Shown: positions 37,001-46,929 of the stretch, piece after piece | Layout: each line of letters begins with the position of its first letter | How positions within the stretch are numbered: the first letter of the stretch is position 1 | NCBI GenBank assembly: GCA_028286835.1 | Contig: JAQBQT010000011.1 | Location: forward strand, 5,246-69,245 | Source of the DNA: Candidatus Parcubacteria bacterium | GTDB lineage: Bacteria > Patescibacteriota > Minisyncoccia > Phycocordibacterales > PALSA-1337 | DNA length: 64,000 nucleotides | Direction: 5' to 3' | Made by a program: the position numbers and the translations under genes | Notes under the pieces: generated by a model | What the model was told of the DNA's origin: nothing | Databases searched by the model: none | The model's input: the letters and a program-made list of their open reading frames with translations, nothing else

Positions 37001-38881
37001 CTATTTCTTCCCCGCTCTCAAGGCATTGCCAATCGGAATAAAGTCTGTCAGAAAATTATACGTGGCTGCGCCGGCCGGACCGAGGGGCGACATGAATCCC
37101 GGCAGGCCGAATGCGACCAGCGCCAAGCCAATGAGATTCGTCAGCGCCCAGATGGCGAAGTTCTGCTTCATAACTCCGGTCACACGACGGGCGATCGACA
37201 TGACTTCGGGCAGACGGCCAAGATTGTCCTTCATGATGGTGACATCTGCGGCTTCTATCGCCGCATCCGCGCCGATGCCACCCATTGCTATCGAAACATC
37301 CGCGAGGGCAAGCGACGCTGCGTCATTCACGCCATCGCCGATGTAGCCCACGATGGCTGGCGCATGCTCGCGCTCGAAGCGGCGCACGAACTCGAGCTTG
37401 GTCTCAGGAGTCATATTGGCATGGAAATGCGTGATGCCGAGCTCGCCGGCAACAGCCGCCGCGGCATGCTCATTATCGCCGGTGAGCATGTGCCATTCCT
37501 TCACGCCATAGCGCTTGGTCTCGGCGATGATCTCCTTGGCATGCGGCCGCAGCTCGTCCATATAGGAGATGAGACCGGCGAGCCTTCCATTCACGGACAG
37601 CACGGCGATGCCCCGGCCAGCGTCCTTTTCGAGGACGATGTCGCGCTTGGCTTCTTCGGGGATATGGATCTTCTCCTTTTCCATGAATGAGGGGCGGCCC
37701 AGGAGCATGGTCTCCATGCCGTGACTGAACCTCACGCCCTGTCCGGACACTTCCTCAAGCTCATGCGGAGCGTGGGTCGCAGCTTTCTGGGCTATGCCAT
37801 ATTCGGCGATGGCTCTCGATACTGCATGCTTGGATTCGGATGCGCCCATGAGGGCGAGCTCGAGGACCTTGTGTGTCGAAAAATCTCCGTACGCCCTCAC
37901 ATCCACGACCTTCGGCATGCCTTTCGTGAGCGTGCCGGTCTTGTCAGTGAGGACATAGCGCAGCTTGGAGAGCTGTTCGAAGGCTGCGGACCCTTTGACG
38001 ATCACGCCCCGCTTGGCGGCGCGCGCGATGGCCGAAGTGAATGCGAGAGGAATGGCAACGGCGATGTCATCCGCGCACACGACAAGAAGAACGGCCAGAA
38101 TCTCTCGCGAAGAAAGGCCTACGAGATACATGACGACAGCTGCGACCAACGACAAGAATATGTACCACTGCGTGAAGCGATCCGCGGCGCGCTCAGCTTT
38201 GTTTTTGGCCCGGCTTGCCTCCTCGACAAGGGCGATCATGCGCGCGAGGGTGGTGTCTGCACCCACACGATCCGTCTTCACCACAATGGAACCGGATTCG
38301 TTGACCGTGGCCGTTGAGACTTTATCGCCAGGCTTCTTGGATACGAGGTCGCTCTCGCCTGTGAGCGAGGATTCATTCAGGTCCGCGCCGCCTGAAACAA
38401 CCGTACCATCGACAGGCACCCGATCGCCGGCTTCGACGATGACAAGGTCGCCTGGACGCACCGCGCTTATATGGACATCCTTCACTGTTTCGCCGATCTT
38501 GAGCCGTACATTCTCGACATGATATTTCATCAAGCTCTGGATGGTGCGCTTGGCCTTGGCCGATGTGATCTCCTCGAATATCCGCGCGAATGCGAGCATG
38601 AGAGTGATGAAAGCGGCCGACTTCCATTCCTGTGCAAGAAGCGAGAAGCCGAGAGCAATGGAAGCCAGGAGATCGACGGATAGCTGACGCCCTATGAGCG
38701 ACCTCACAGCGCTCAGGGCGACGGGTATGAGGCCCAGGAATGACAAAGCCGCCAGGATGATGTTGGCGGCAGGTGTGGCAGCGAAGAAATCGACTGCCAA
38801 AGAAGCGGATGTGAGGACTATGAGAGCGACGTCAAATCCGAAAAATACCTTTTCTTCAAGGGAGGAGGCTGACGTGTTCAT
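37001..38881 (-). CDS. P1B-type (heavy-metal) P-type ATPase with atypical TM motif CADD
   Basis: GDRVPVDG, ESSLTGES, DKTGTLT, MLTGDN, GDGVNDA; VVCADDIAVAIP where CPC/SPC is usual; no N-terminal HMA domain. Confidence 0.93.
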   Translation of the reverse strand: MNTSASSLEEKVFFGFDVALIVLTSASLAVDFFAATPAANIILAALSFLGLIPVALSAVRSLIGRQLSVDLLASIALGFSLLAQEWKSAAFITLMLAFARIFEEITSAKAKRTIQSLMKYHVENVRLKIGETVKDVHISAVRPGDLVIVEAGDRVPVDGTVVSGGADLNESSLTGESDLVSKKPGDKVSTATVNESGSIVVKTDRVGADTTLARMIALVEEASRAKNKAERAADRFTQWYIFLSLVAAVVMYLVGLSSREILAVLLVVCADDIAVAIPLAFTSAIARAAKRGVIVKGSAAFEQLSKLRYVLTDKTGTLTKGMPKVVDVRAYGDFSTHKVLELALMGASESKHAVSRAIAEYGIAQKAATHAPHELEEVSGQGVRFSHGMETMLLGRPSFMEKEKIHIPEEAKRDIVLEKDAGRGIAVLSVNGRLAGLISYMDELRPHAKEIIAETKRYGVKEWHMLTGDNEHAAAAVAGELGITHFHANMTPETKLEFVRRFEREHAPAIVGYIGDGVNDAASLALADVSIAMGGIGADAAIEAADVTIMKDNLGRLPEVMSIARRVTGVMKQNFAIWALTNLIGLALVAFGLPGFMSPLGPAGAATYNFLTDFIPIGNALRAGKK

Positions 38882-38893
38882 TCAGCTAGTATA

Positions 38894-39505
38894 TCAAGCT
38901 TTCCTGCCTGCGTGCGCCGCTCCCATAGTGAGAAGATAGGTCAGGAGCAGAAAGCCGATCCAGCCGAGGAAGGATATCCAGCCGAGCTGATCGACGCGGG
39001 CCTCTGTGTCGCGAAGAGATCTGGCGGCAAGGACAAAGCCTGACTGAGGAGCGCCCTGAGTCGATGTGCCGATAGATATCGCGACCCCGGTCGATGAGGC
39101 GACTTTCCACGGAAGCGCGACGGCTGCGAACCTGAGGCCATTCGATGTCTCCCAGGTCACGCGATCTTCGCCGTTCTTGCGCACGTAGTCGAATATGCCG
39201 GCCGGAGGAAGGAGAGGCGTCGATGAGGCGCCGAAGTATGCGGAGGAGCCGAGGAGCGTGCCCTGCTCGTCGAACACCATGCCGAATGGAGACTGGCTTT
39301 GGGACATATCTGTACCTGCCGCCGTGAACATCTGATTGACCGGGTAGCCGCTCGAAAGCGCTGCGGCCGCATCTTCGGCCAGCATGATCTGGGGATCATT
39401 GGCTGTCTGACGGTAGTTCTGCTGAAGCGTCGCGTACCCCACGAGCATGATGACCGTGCCGCCAATGGCCAACGGGAGCCATGAAATTAAAGTTTTGTGT
39501 GTCAT
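38894..39505 (-). CDS. Two-TM protein with an extracytoplasmic domain (sensor-domain-like, no kinase)
   Basis: TM, QQNYRQTANDPQI.LAED...PP.G.FD...RVTW...G.RFA.V...V.A.RSLR..E, TM. Confidence 0.7.
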   Translation of the reverse strand: MTHKTLISWLPLAIGGTVIMLVGYATLQQNYRQTANDPQIMLAEDAAAALSSGYPVNQMFTAAGTDMSQSQSPFGMVFDEQGTLLGSSAYFGASSTPLLPPAGIFDYVRKNGEDRVTWETSNGLRFAAVALPWKVASSTGVAISIGTSTQGAPQSGFVLAARSLRDTEARVDQLGWISFLGWIGFLLLTYLLTMGAAHAGRKA

Positions 39506-39554
39506 ATGCTTATTATAACCATACTATGCCTATAAATGTCACACTGGGAGAACC

Positions 39555-40352
39555 CTACTTCATTACCTTAGCGTGATAATACAAATGATTCGCATCTTTT
39601 GCATCATAATTAGGTTGATTAGTAACCAGAGAGAACGATTTCGGATCTGCACCTGAAATAGGTGTGCCAAGGGTCATTATTCCATCATTCACAACCTCGG
39701 GAATGACTGAGTACACTTTCTGGCTGTCTTTGGCATACCATTCATTCAAAACTACAAAAGTATCAGGATCAGCATTTCCATTTATTGGTTGTGCAGTAAA
39801 AGCATTATAAATGTGCCTGCTATCCTTTGCATATCCAGTTTGCTGGCCAGAATTATCTAGAATGAAATGAAACGAGGCGTCTGCTCCCGCAACCAAAGCA
39901 TCGAGAAAATATATATTGCTTTTATCCTTTGCATAAAATCCATAATAGCTATCAGCCTCGGTGTTATAGCCGATGAAAGAGAAGGTCGCGGGGTCTGCCA
40001 TTGGAAGAATTCTGATATTCCCCCACTGGTCCGGAAGGTAGACATGATTTTTATCTTTTGCATATTCATGCTCTGTACCAACAAATGTAGCCGGATCAGC
40101 ACCCGGAATAAGGGCTCTACAACCTGCCGTAGGGCAAGGAGAACTTTCAGTCAGGTAGAATACGCCAGAAGAGTCCCTTAAATAACCGCCATGCCCGTTA
40201 TAACCCATTGGACCGGCTATGGGAATACTTTTTTCTTCTTTTTGCTCTTCTTTTTTTGGGGAAAGATTTCGTATGGAAAGAGCATTGTAAACATACAGAC
40301 CCAATACGAAAAAAAGGGATAGGCCTATGAGTAATTTTATTGGTGATTTCAT
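39555..40352 (-). CDS. DKNYY-repeat family surface protein (AT-rich)
   Basis: Repeated (G)ADP.TF....YAKDK..VY units; N-terminal TM helix; start placed at MKSPIK. Confidence 0.85.
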   Translation of the reverse strand: MKSPIKLLIGLSLFFVLGLYVYNALSIRNLSPKKEEQKEEKSIPIAGPMGYNGHGGYLRDSSGVFYLTESSPCPTAGCRALIPGADPATFVGTEHEYAKDKNHVYLPDQWGNIRILPMADPATFSFIGYNTEADSYYGFYAKDKSNIYFLDALVAGADASFHFILDNSGQQTGYAKDSRHIYNAFTAQPINGNADPDTFVVLNEWYAKDSQKVYSVIPEVVNDGIMTLGTPISGADPKSFSLVTNQPNYDAKDANHLYYHAKVMK

Positions 40353-40387
40353 AATAGAGCTAGTTTGGATCCGAAATAAAACCCTTT

Positions 40388-41692
40388 TTACAGCTTCGTG
40401 ATATCCCTCGGCGACACGAGTTCGAATGCCCATTCAGCGGCGATGCGGATGCGCTTGCGCCACGAAGCGAACTTGGAAAGATAGACCGTGCGCCAGAGCC
40501 ACCACGTGAATCGGCCGGCAAGCTTCATAGAGAATATCTCGCCGATGGCAAACCACTGACCCACCGACACCATGCTGCCCGGCGAATTATAATGAAAATC
40601 CTTGAGAGGCTTTCCCGCTATGGCGGCGATTATGTTCTTAGCTACCCTTCCCGATTGGGATTGAGCCACCTGAGCGAGCATCGGCAATGGCCGAGTCTTG
40701 CTGGAGTCCTTGGCGAAATCGCGGGCATCGACATACGCAGCGGCATCGCCGAGCACGAATATGCGATCGCTGCCGAGGAGGCGGAAATTGCCGTCGACCG
40801 CGAGGCGACCGCCGGTCAGGGTCGGCTTGAGGTCTTCGAAATGCGGGATGATCGCCTTCACGCCCGCAGTCCATACGATCATCGAGGCGGGAATGGTCTC
40901 GCCGGATGCGAGCGTGAGCCCGGTCCGGGTCACTGCGCTCACGACAGTGCTGGATCTGACCGTGACCCCATTCTTGGTCAGGCGGTCCTGAGCGGCAGTG
41001 CGGAGGGACGGCTTGAACATCTCGAGCAATTCCTTGCTTGCATTGACGAGGGTGAGAGACGGCTCTTCAGGAGAGCATTTGCGCGGATCTTCGGCGCTGC
41101 AGTGGCTGGCGCCATAATAGCGGCCGACCAGGCCCGACATGAATTCAGACAGCTCTGCGGCGAGCTCGACTCCGGTAGCGCCGCCTCCGACGACGACGAA
41201 CGAGAGGAGCGCTTTGCGGTCATCGGCATTCTCGGTGAGGACTGCGCGTTCAAAAGTGTCGATGATGCGATTGCGTATGGCGGTTGCATCGGCGAGGCTC
41301 TTCAGGGGCAATGTGAATTCCGGAGCGCCTGGAATGCCATAATAGTTCGTCTCTGCGCCGAGGGCTGCGACGAGATAATCATAGCGGAGGATATGCACCT
41401 GGCCGTTCTCGCGGACCGCCACTGTCCGCTCGGCCGCGTTGATGCCATCGACGCTTCCCTGCACGATCCGGATGCCAGTATGCACGAAGACTTCACGGAG
41501 AGGCTCCGCGACATTCCTCGGGCTGAGGCCTCCCGTCGCCACTTCATGAAGGAGCGGCGTAAAAAGGAAATAATTGGTGCGATTGACGATGGTGACATCT
41601 ATCTCGCCGCGCTTGACGCGTGCCCTGAGTTTCTTGGCGACATTGGTTCCGCCGAATCCGGCTCCGAGGATGACAATGTGAGGACGAAGCAT
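40388..41692 (-). CDS. ndh: Type II NADH dehydrogenase-like flavoprotein
   Basis: IVILGAGFGG, FTPLLHEVATG, VVVGGGATGVELAAEL, VWTAGV, GDAA, LAQVA, WWLWRTVYL. Confidence 0.9.
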   Translation of the reverse strand: MLRPHIVILGAGFGGTNVAKKLRARVKRGEIDVTIVNRTNYFLFTPLLHEVATGGLSPRNVAEPLREVFVHTGIRIVQGSVDGINAAERTVAVRENGQVHILRYDYLVAALGAETNYYGIPGAPEFTLPLKSLADATAIRNRIIDTFERAVLTENADDRKALLSFVVVGGGATGVELAAELSEFMSGLVGRYYGASHCSAEDPRKCSPEEPSLTLVNASKELLEMFKPSLRTAAQDRLTKNGVTVRSSTVVSAVTRTGLTLASGETIPASMIVWTAGVKAIIPHFEDLKPTLTGGRLAVDGNFRLLGSDRIFVLGDAAAYVDARDFAKDSSKTRPLPMLAQVAQSQSGRVAKNIIAAIAGKPLKDFHYNSPGSMVSVGQWFAIGEIFSMKLAGRFTWWLWRTVYLSKFASWRKRIRIAAEWAFELVSPRDITKL

Positions 41693-41707
41693 GGATGAAG
41701 TATATCA

Positions 41708-42454
41708 CTACACGCCGGCAAAATGTATGGCGACGTAAAGGGCTCCTGCGCCGAGCAGGGTCATGAAAGTGGTCAGAAACTTAGGGTGCGCATGATGGCT
41801 TTCGGGAATGAGGTCGGTCGCGCCGATGTACAGGAAGAAGCCGGCGAACAATGCCAGAATGGCGGAGAGGACGTTCTCTGGAAGCGTGAAGAGAAGCGTC
41901 GAAGCGGCACCGAGAACGGGCGCAAAGGCATCCGTGAGGAGCCAGTGGAATGCGCGCGTCTTGTTTCCCTTGTTCTTCAGTATGAGATTGACGGTATTGA
42001 TGCCGTCGGAAAAATCGTGGGTAAGGACAGCCGCCGTGACAATGGCTCCGACAGCCGGAGACACTTGGAAAGCGAGGCCGATCGCCACGCCATCAAGGAA
42101 GCTGTGAAGCGACAGGCTCCCCGCTCCGAGCATGCCCCTACGGATGCCATGCGACTCGGTCGAAGAAAGATCATGCTCATGTCCTTCTTCATGCGTATGA
42201 GCGTGCAGGAATATGAGGCGGTCCAGAATGAGATAGAGGAAGAAGCCAACTGCGACCATGGCCATGGTAGTACCTGCTGTATAGAACTTCCAGCCCAGAT
42301 CCAACGCCTCAGGAATGAGATCGAAGAACGCGACGGCGATGACTGCGCCAGCGCTGAAGCCAAGAATGAGATGCAGCTTATCCCTGAATCGCAAGGCAAA
42401 GAGCCCTCCGACGAGCGTGGCGACAAATGTAGCGATGGCAATGAGTATGATCAT
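41708..42454 (-). CDS. ZIP-family divalent metal transporter
   Basis: GFSAG, His-rich loop HAHTHEEGHEH, HSFLDG, HDFSDG, DLIPE. Confidence 0.93.
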   Translation of the reverse strand: MIILIAIATFVATLVGGLFALRFRDKLHLILGFSAGAVIAVAFFDLIPEALDLGWKFYTAGTTMAMVAVGFFLYLILDRLIFLHAHTHEEGHEHDLSSTESHGIRRGMLGAGSLSLHSFLDGVAIGLAFQVSPAVGAIVTAAVLTHDFSDGINTVNLILKNKGNKTRAFHWLLTDAFAPVLGAASTLLFTLPENVLSAILALFAGFFLYIGATDLIPESHHAHPKFLTTFMTLLGAGALYVAIHFAGV

Positions 42455-43167
42455 GATTGGTATTTCTTTTTAAGCTCAAGAGCGCTTTTCACGTGCATGT
42501 CTTTAGTGACTGCTCCTGACATATTGGAAGAATGAACACGATGCAGATGCGAGATGAAGTCACATATATGCGGCATATGACCCTTAAGCAGGACCCTAAC
42601 GCACAAATCGAGATCTTCCCCCATTTTAACCGATGGATCGAACATGCCGACATTGATGAATAAGCTCTTCTTTATAAAAATATTTTGCTGAATGTAGTGC
42701 TCACCCTTGAAGATGGAATCGAGCATGTTCCCTATGTCCTTAAAATTCCATGAATAGTAATCATCGCCGATGATATATCTCAGATTTTCATCTACATGCA
42801 AGAAATCGGCGACAAACCATCCCGCACCAGGAAACTCCTTGGCTTTCGCAGCGAATTTATATAATGTGCGCTGAAGGAGGATATCATCGCTGTCCAAGAA
42901 GAACAAATACTCTCCCCTTGCCTCTTTTACAGCCTCATTCCTGGCTTTTGATTGGCCCTGATTATTATCATTGCGAATATAACGGATATTCGGATGCTGT
43001 TCTTTTTGGAAAAGCTCAGGAGTCCCGTCTGTAGATCCATCGTCATATATGATGTACTCCCACGATACATCCTCATACGGAATGAGTAGGCTTTTTTTAA
43101 CGCTTTCAACCGTCTCCTGGAGAAGGTGTTTTCTATTATATGTCGGCGTTATAATTGATATCTTCAT
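42451..43167 (-). CDS. Glycosyltransferase family 2
   Basis: ISIITPTYNR, IIYDDGSTD, ARN, FLDSDD, EDLDL. Confidence 0.93.
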   Translation of the reverse strand: MKISIITPTYNRKHLLQETVESVKKSLLIPYEDVSWEYIIYDDGSTDGTPELFQKEQHPNIRYIRNDNNQGQSKARNEAVKEARGEYLFFLDSDDILLQRTLYKFAAKAKEFPGAGWFVADFLHVDENLRYIIGDDYYSWNFKDIGNMLDSIFKGEHYIQQNIFIKKSLFINVGMFDPSVKMGEDLDLCVRVLLKGHMPHICDFISHLHRVHSSNMSGAVTKDMHVKSALELKKKYQS

Positions 43168-43169
43168 AT

Positions 43170-44312
43170 CTATTGAACGTGACGTGCCCAATGTGTCGAC
43201 CAGATAAGATCGTGCATAGCGGTATAAGCCTTCTCGGCTTTCATGCGCTCGGCGAGGGGCATAGTCTTAAGCGAACGCACCGCATTAAGAAGCATGAGAG
43301 CTCCCTTCTCTATCTCGGAAGGATTCCAACAGACGGGAGAGAATGGTCCTAGCTTGCGGCCGTTCGCCCACCACCAGGCACAGCTTGCATAGCCTTTGTC
43401 GAGACAAATTTCCGCAAGCGCATAATGATCATCTGCGGCATGAGCTGTGACGATCTTCTCCACAAGATGCGCAAAGTCCCACAGCTTCTGATGGACTTCA
43501 TTGTCGGGCGAATTCCATAGTGCGAACGGATTGCGTGCCGCGATCTCGTCCGGCGTCGATTCCCATGAGCCCTTGCGGAGCTTGATGATCTTCCCCTCCT
43601 TCAGTTCCTGGATATGCTCGGAGACCGTGACCATGTGTATGTTCGGCGACGTGAAGGCCTTCTCATAGAAACCTTTGTCGTCGGTGTGCCAATGGCCATA
43701 GAGTTCGCCGTCATGAGCAGTGACCAGCGGGTCCGGTGCCCGATTCATGTTGCTGATGATGAACTCTGGCGGGAACGAGCGCGAGAATTCGCGATTCCTG
43801 AAGACGACAGTGAGGCCGCTGTCGAGGATCTTATAGGTGATGTCAGGCTCGATCTGACCGGGCGCATTGATCTCATCGAGGACCGTCCATTCGAAGCCGA
43901 GCTCCTTTACGATTTCTCCTGCCCCGGCGGAATATGCCATCTCGGGAAAATAGAAACCGCGCGGTACGCACGATTCGCCGAAATACGTCTTGAGGATGGC
44001 GCTGTTGCGCTTGATCTGCCTGCGCATCATCTCGGGCGATGTGAGCGGCATGAGCGGATGATAGAGCGCGCTTCCTGTGAGTTCGATGCGACCTTCTTTA
44101 ACGAGGGCGCGATAGGAATCGATGATATCCCTATGCCCATACCTATCGAAAAGCTCGAGGAGAGATCCGGTGATGTTCATCGTCAGGCGCATATTCGGAT
44201 ACTTCTTCATCAATTCCGGTATGAGCGTATAGCTTTCGCGCACGACCTTATCCACGATCTCCTTGGACTGGGTCGGGGGCTGATATATGTGTAGAAAGTT
44301 GACCCACTTCAT
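43170..44312 (-). CDS. Glycoside hydrolase family 57-like protein
   Basis: FLHIYQP, YHPLMPL, FYFPEMAY, DGELYGH. Confidence 0.88.
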   Translation of the reverse strand: MKWVNFLHIYQPPTQSKEIVDKVVRESYTLIPELMKKYPNMRLTMNITGSLLELFDRYGHRDIIDSYRALVKEGRIELTGSALYHPLMPLTSPEMMRRQIKRNSAILKTYFGESCVPRGFYFPEMAYSAGAGEIVKELGFEWTVLDEINAPGQIEPDITYKILDSGLTVVFRNREFSRSFPPEFIISNMNRAPDPLVTAHDGELYGHWHTDDKGFYEKAFTSPNIHMVTVSEHIQELKEGKIIKLRKGSWESTPDEIAARNPFALWNSPDNEVHQKLWDFAHLVEKIVTAHAADDHYALAEICLDKGYASCAWWWANGRKLGPFSPVCWNPSEIEKGALMLLNAVRSLKTMPLAERMKAEKAYTAMHDLIWSTHWARHVQ

Positions 44313-44327
44313 AATGATAGGTAAAGC

Positions 44328-45851
44328 TTATTCCTTCTTCTTTGCAAGCTCGCGGGAATGGAGTTCGGATGCGCGAGCGAAGACGTCGATGTATTTGCGT
44401 GCCGACTCCTCCCAGGAGAAGTTCTCCAGCATGCCGCGCCTGACGATGTTTGCCCAATCCTTCTTGTTCCTGAAGTTCTCCACTGCGCGGATGAGGGCGA
44501 TCATGAGGGATGATGAGTCGAATTTCTCAAAAGTGAAGCCCGTGCCGGTCTCCTTATCCGGATCATAGTCCTTGACCGTATCGGCCAAGCCGCCAGTTTC
44601 GCGGACGATTGGCACTGCGCCCATGCGGAGTGCCTCCATCTGTGTGAGTCCGCACGGTTCGAACTGCGACGGCATGAGTGCGGCGTCGGCACCGGCGAAG
44701 ATGACGTGCGGCAGGATGGCATCGAACGAGAGGTGTGCAGCCACACGGCGCGGGTACTTGGTCTCAAGATTGCGGAAGAAGCCCATGAGGTCTGCTTCGC
44801 CGGTTCCTACGATTGCTATCTGCACTGGCAATTCCTGCATGATGATGTCAGCAATAGGCATAAGAAGGTCGAACCCCTTCTGACGCGTGAGACGCGACGC
44901 GATGCCGATGACGAAGGCATTCTTGTCGTTCTCGAGGCCGAAGCGCTCCTGAAGGACCGCCTTATTGCGTGAGCGCAGGACGATGTCGTCCTTGCTGTAC
45001 GGATACATGATGTACGGATCGTTCTGGGGATTCCAGATGCTGTAGTCGATGCCGTTCAGGATGCCGGCAAGCACATTCCTGCGCTCTCGGAGGAGGCCGT
45101 CGAGAAGCTGGCCGTATTCCGGAGTAAGTATCTCGCGGGCGTACGTCGGCGAAACCGTGGTGATGATATCGGCATACATGATGCCGCGGCGCATGCTGTT
45201 GATCTTGTTAAGGCGCTCGCTCTCGAATGCTGGCACAGGCGAATGGCCGTCGTCCCGATCCATTTCCTGCACGAAGCTGTGGTCGAACATTCCCTGGTAT
45301 GAAAGGTTGTGAATGGAGAAGATGGTCGCGATCTTATTGACGGTCGGGTCGTCGCGGTATTCGGTCTTGAGATAGTTGACGATGAGTCCAGCCTGCCAGT
45401 CGCAGGCGACGATGACATCCGGGTGCCATTCCTTGTTGATACGCAAAAATTCGATGATGCCGCGCGACAGGAGCGCCCAGCGGATCGGATCGTCTGCATA
45501 GCCGTACACGTTGCTGCGCTTCTCGTAATATTCCTGGTTCTCCAGGAAGTACGTCGTCACAGGATCAGAGGGAGCCTTCGGTGTGAACTTCTTCACGTTG
45601 CAGATGAAATGCGAAGGGCCCTCGGTGTTGCCGGTCGGGACCTGGATATCTTCGAGAACGGTGGAGAGTTTGTACTTGCCTTCAATGGGCAGGTACTTCG
45701 GTATCATCACGCGGGCATCACAGCCTATGTCGCGCAGGGCCCGCGGAAGCGAGTCCATGACTGAGGCAAGTCCGCCGACTTTGACGAAAGGAGCTGCTTC
45801 GGCGGCTACAAACAAGACCCTCGCCGGCTCCTTGAATGTAAGAAACTTCAT
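44328..45851 (-). CDS. glgA: Glycogen/starch synthase (GT5)
   Basis: EAAPFVKVGGL, DWQAG, IHNLSYQG, VSPTYAREI, GILNGID, SRL..QKG, PSQFEPCGLTQM, TGGLADTV. Confidence 0.95.
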   Translation of the reverse strand: MKFLTFKEPARVLFVAAEAAPFVKVGGLASVMDSLPRALRDIGCDARVMIPKYLPIEGKYKLSTVLEDIQVPTGNTEGPSHFICNVKKFTPKAPSDPVTTYFLENQEYYEKRSNVYGYADDPIRWALLSRGIIEFLRINKEWHPDVIVACDWQAGLIVNYLKTEYRDDPTVNKIATIFSIHNLSYQGMFDHSFVQEMDRDDGHSPVPAFESERLNKINSMRRGIMYADIITTVSPTYAREILTPEYGQLLDGLLRERRNVLAGILNGIDYSIWNPQNDPYIMYPYSKDDIVLRSRNKAVLQERFGLENDKNAFVIGIASRLTRQKGFDLLMPIADIIMQELPVQIAIVGTGEADLMGFFRNLETKYPRRVAAHLSFDAILPHVIFAGADAALMPSQFEPCGLTQMEALRMGAVPIVRETGGLADTVKDYDPDKETGTGFTFEKFDSSSLMIALIRAVENFRNKKDWANIVRRGMLENFSWEESARKYIDVFARASELHSRELAKKKE

Positions 45852-45885
45852 GAATATATACTATACCCCATAGGGGTGCTTTAGT

Positions 45886-46929
45886 CTACGATTTTGAAGC
45901 ATCCACGAATGCACGCACTCCCTGAGAAGTAAGGGTATAGGTGCGGACAAAGGAATCATCGACATGGGCATATAATATCCCTTCGTTTTTACTTGTCTCG
46001 ATGAACTGGCTGGCGAATGTTATCGTCTTGGCTTCTGTGTCCTGAATGAACGGTTCCGGCGAAACCCAGTCGATTTTGCCGTGTTCGTAGTCATATATAA
46101 AGAGGCCAACTGAGAACATGCCGTACTTCGTCTCGCCTCCCTCTTTTGTGTTAGCTTCACGGCCATTAATGATGCCTAAGGCCTTGCCTTCCCCCGCATC
46201 ATAAAATTCGCGGGAAAAGAGCGGGCCTGGCGATGCGTGGCCGCTGATCCATGGTATGCCCTGTTCCTTTGGATGAAATACGGTTTCGCCAAATTTCCAT
46301 GGCTTGCCCATGTCTTCCACAATAGCGATTCGTACGGTTGAATATTTGTCTTCACCATCGACTATCCGGGATTCAACGAGATTGAGCCTGACTCCATTCT
46401 TGTTTATCGGAGCGATGGATATTTCCTTTGCGCCCGGCATGCCATGTACATCCATTTCTGGAGACAGGGCGGGCACAGTCATCTCGAGATGCGCCAAGTC
46501 CTTCCCCACCGCATGTCCGAGATATATGAGAGATTCTTTTGGTTTTATATTTTTACGAATGAACGGCATCGTAAAATAGAGGTGTGTGAGCCCGGTGAAG
46601 GAATCAATGAAAATATCCGGATCTTCAAGACCTATAAAATCCCGATCATCACTTGTAAGACCGGCGATAACTGCTGCTTCATTTTTTATTGGAATTCTTT
46701 CTCCGATTTTAAAGCTTTCAAGAGAGCTTCCCGTCACAAAGCGAAGCTCGCTGCGATCAGTAAATCCTTTTATTCCCACATTTCCTTCACGACTAGTAAT
46801 ACAGCGCAGGATGCCCTTCTTGTAGCCTGAAGACGGATCGAGTGCGATCGCCATCACATGCGTATACCGAGCGTCTGTTTCTATGACCTTGCCTTTATGC
46901 TCGATATACAAAGTCGGCTTTTTCATCAT
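45886..46929 (-). CDS. Five-bladed beta-propeller glycosidase/phosphorylase-like protein (GH130/GH43 clan-like)
   Basis: GLEDPDI, FASQF...LYAHVDD-type blade motifs; AT-richer; upstream of glgA. Confidence 0.55.
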   Translation of the reverse strand: MMKKPTLYIEHKGKVIETDARYTHVMAIALDPSSGYKKGILRCITSREGNVGIKGFTDRSELRFVTGSSLESFKIGERIPIKNEAAVIAGLTSDDRDFIGLEDPDIFIDSFTGLTHLYFTMPFIRKNIKPKESLIYLGHAVGKDLAHLEMTVPALSPEMDVHGMPGAKEISIAPINKNGVRLNLVESRIVDGEDKYSTVRIAIVEDMGKPWKFGETVFHPKEQGIPWISGHASPGPLFSREFYDAGEGKALGIINGREANTKEGGETKYGMFSVGLFIYDYEHGKIDWVSPEPFIQDTEAKTITFASQFIETSKNEGILYAHVDDSFVRTYTLTSQGVRAFVDASKS

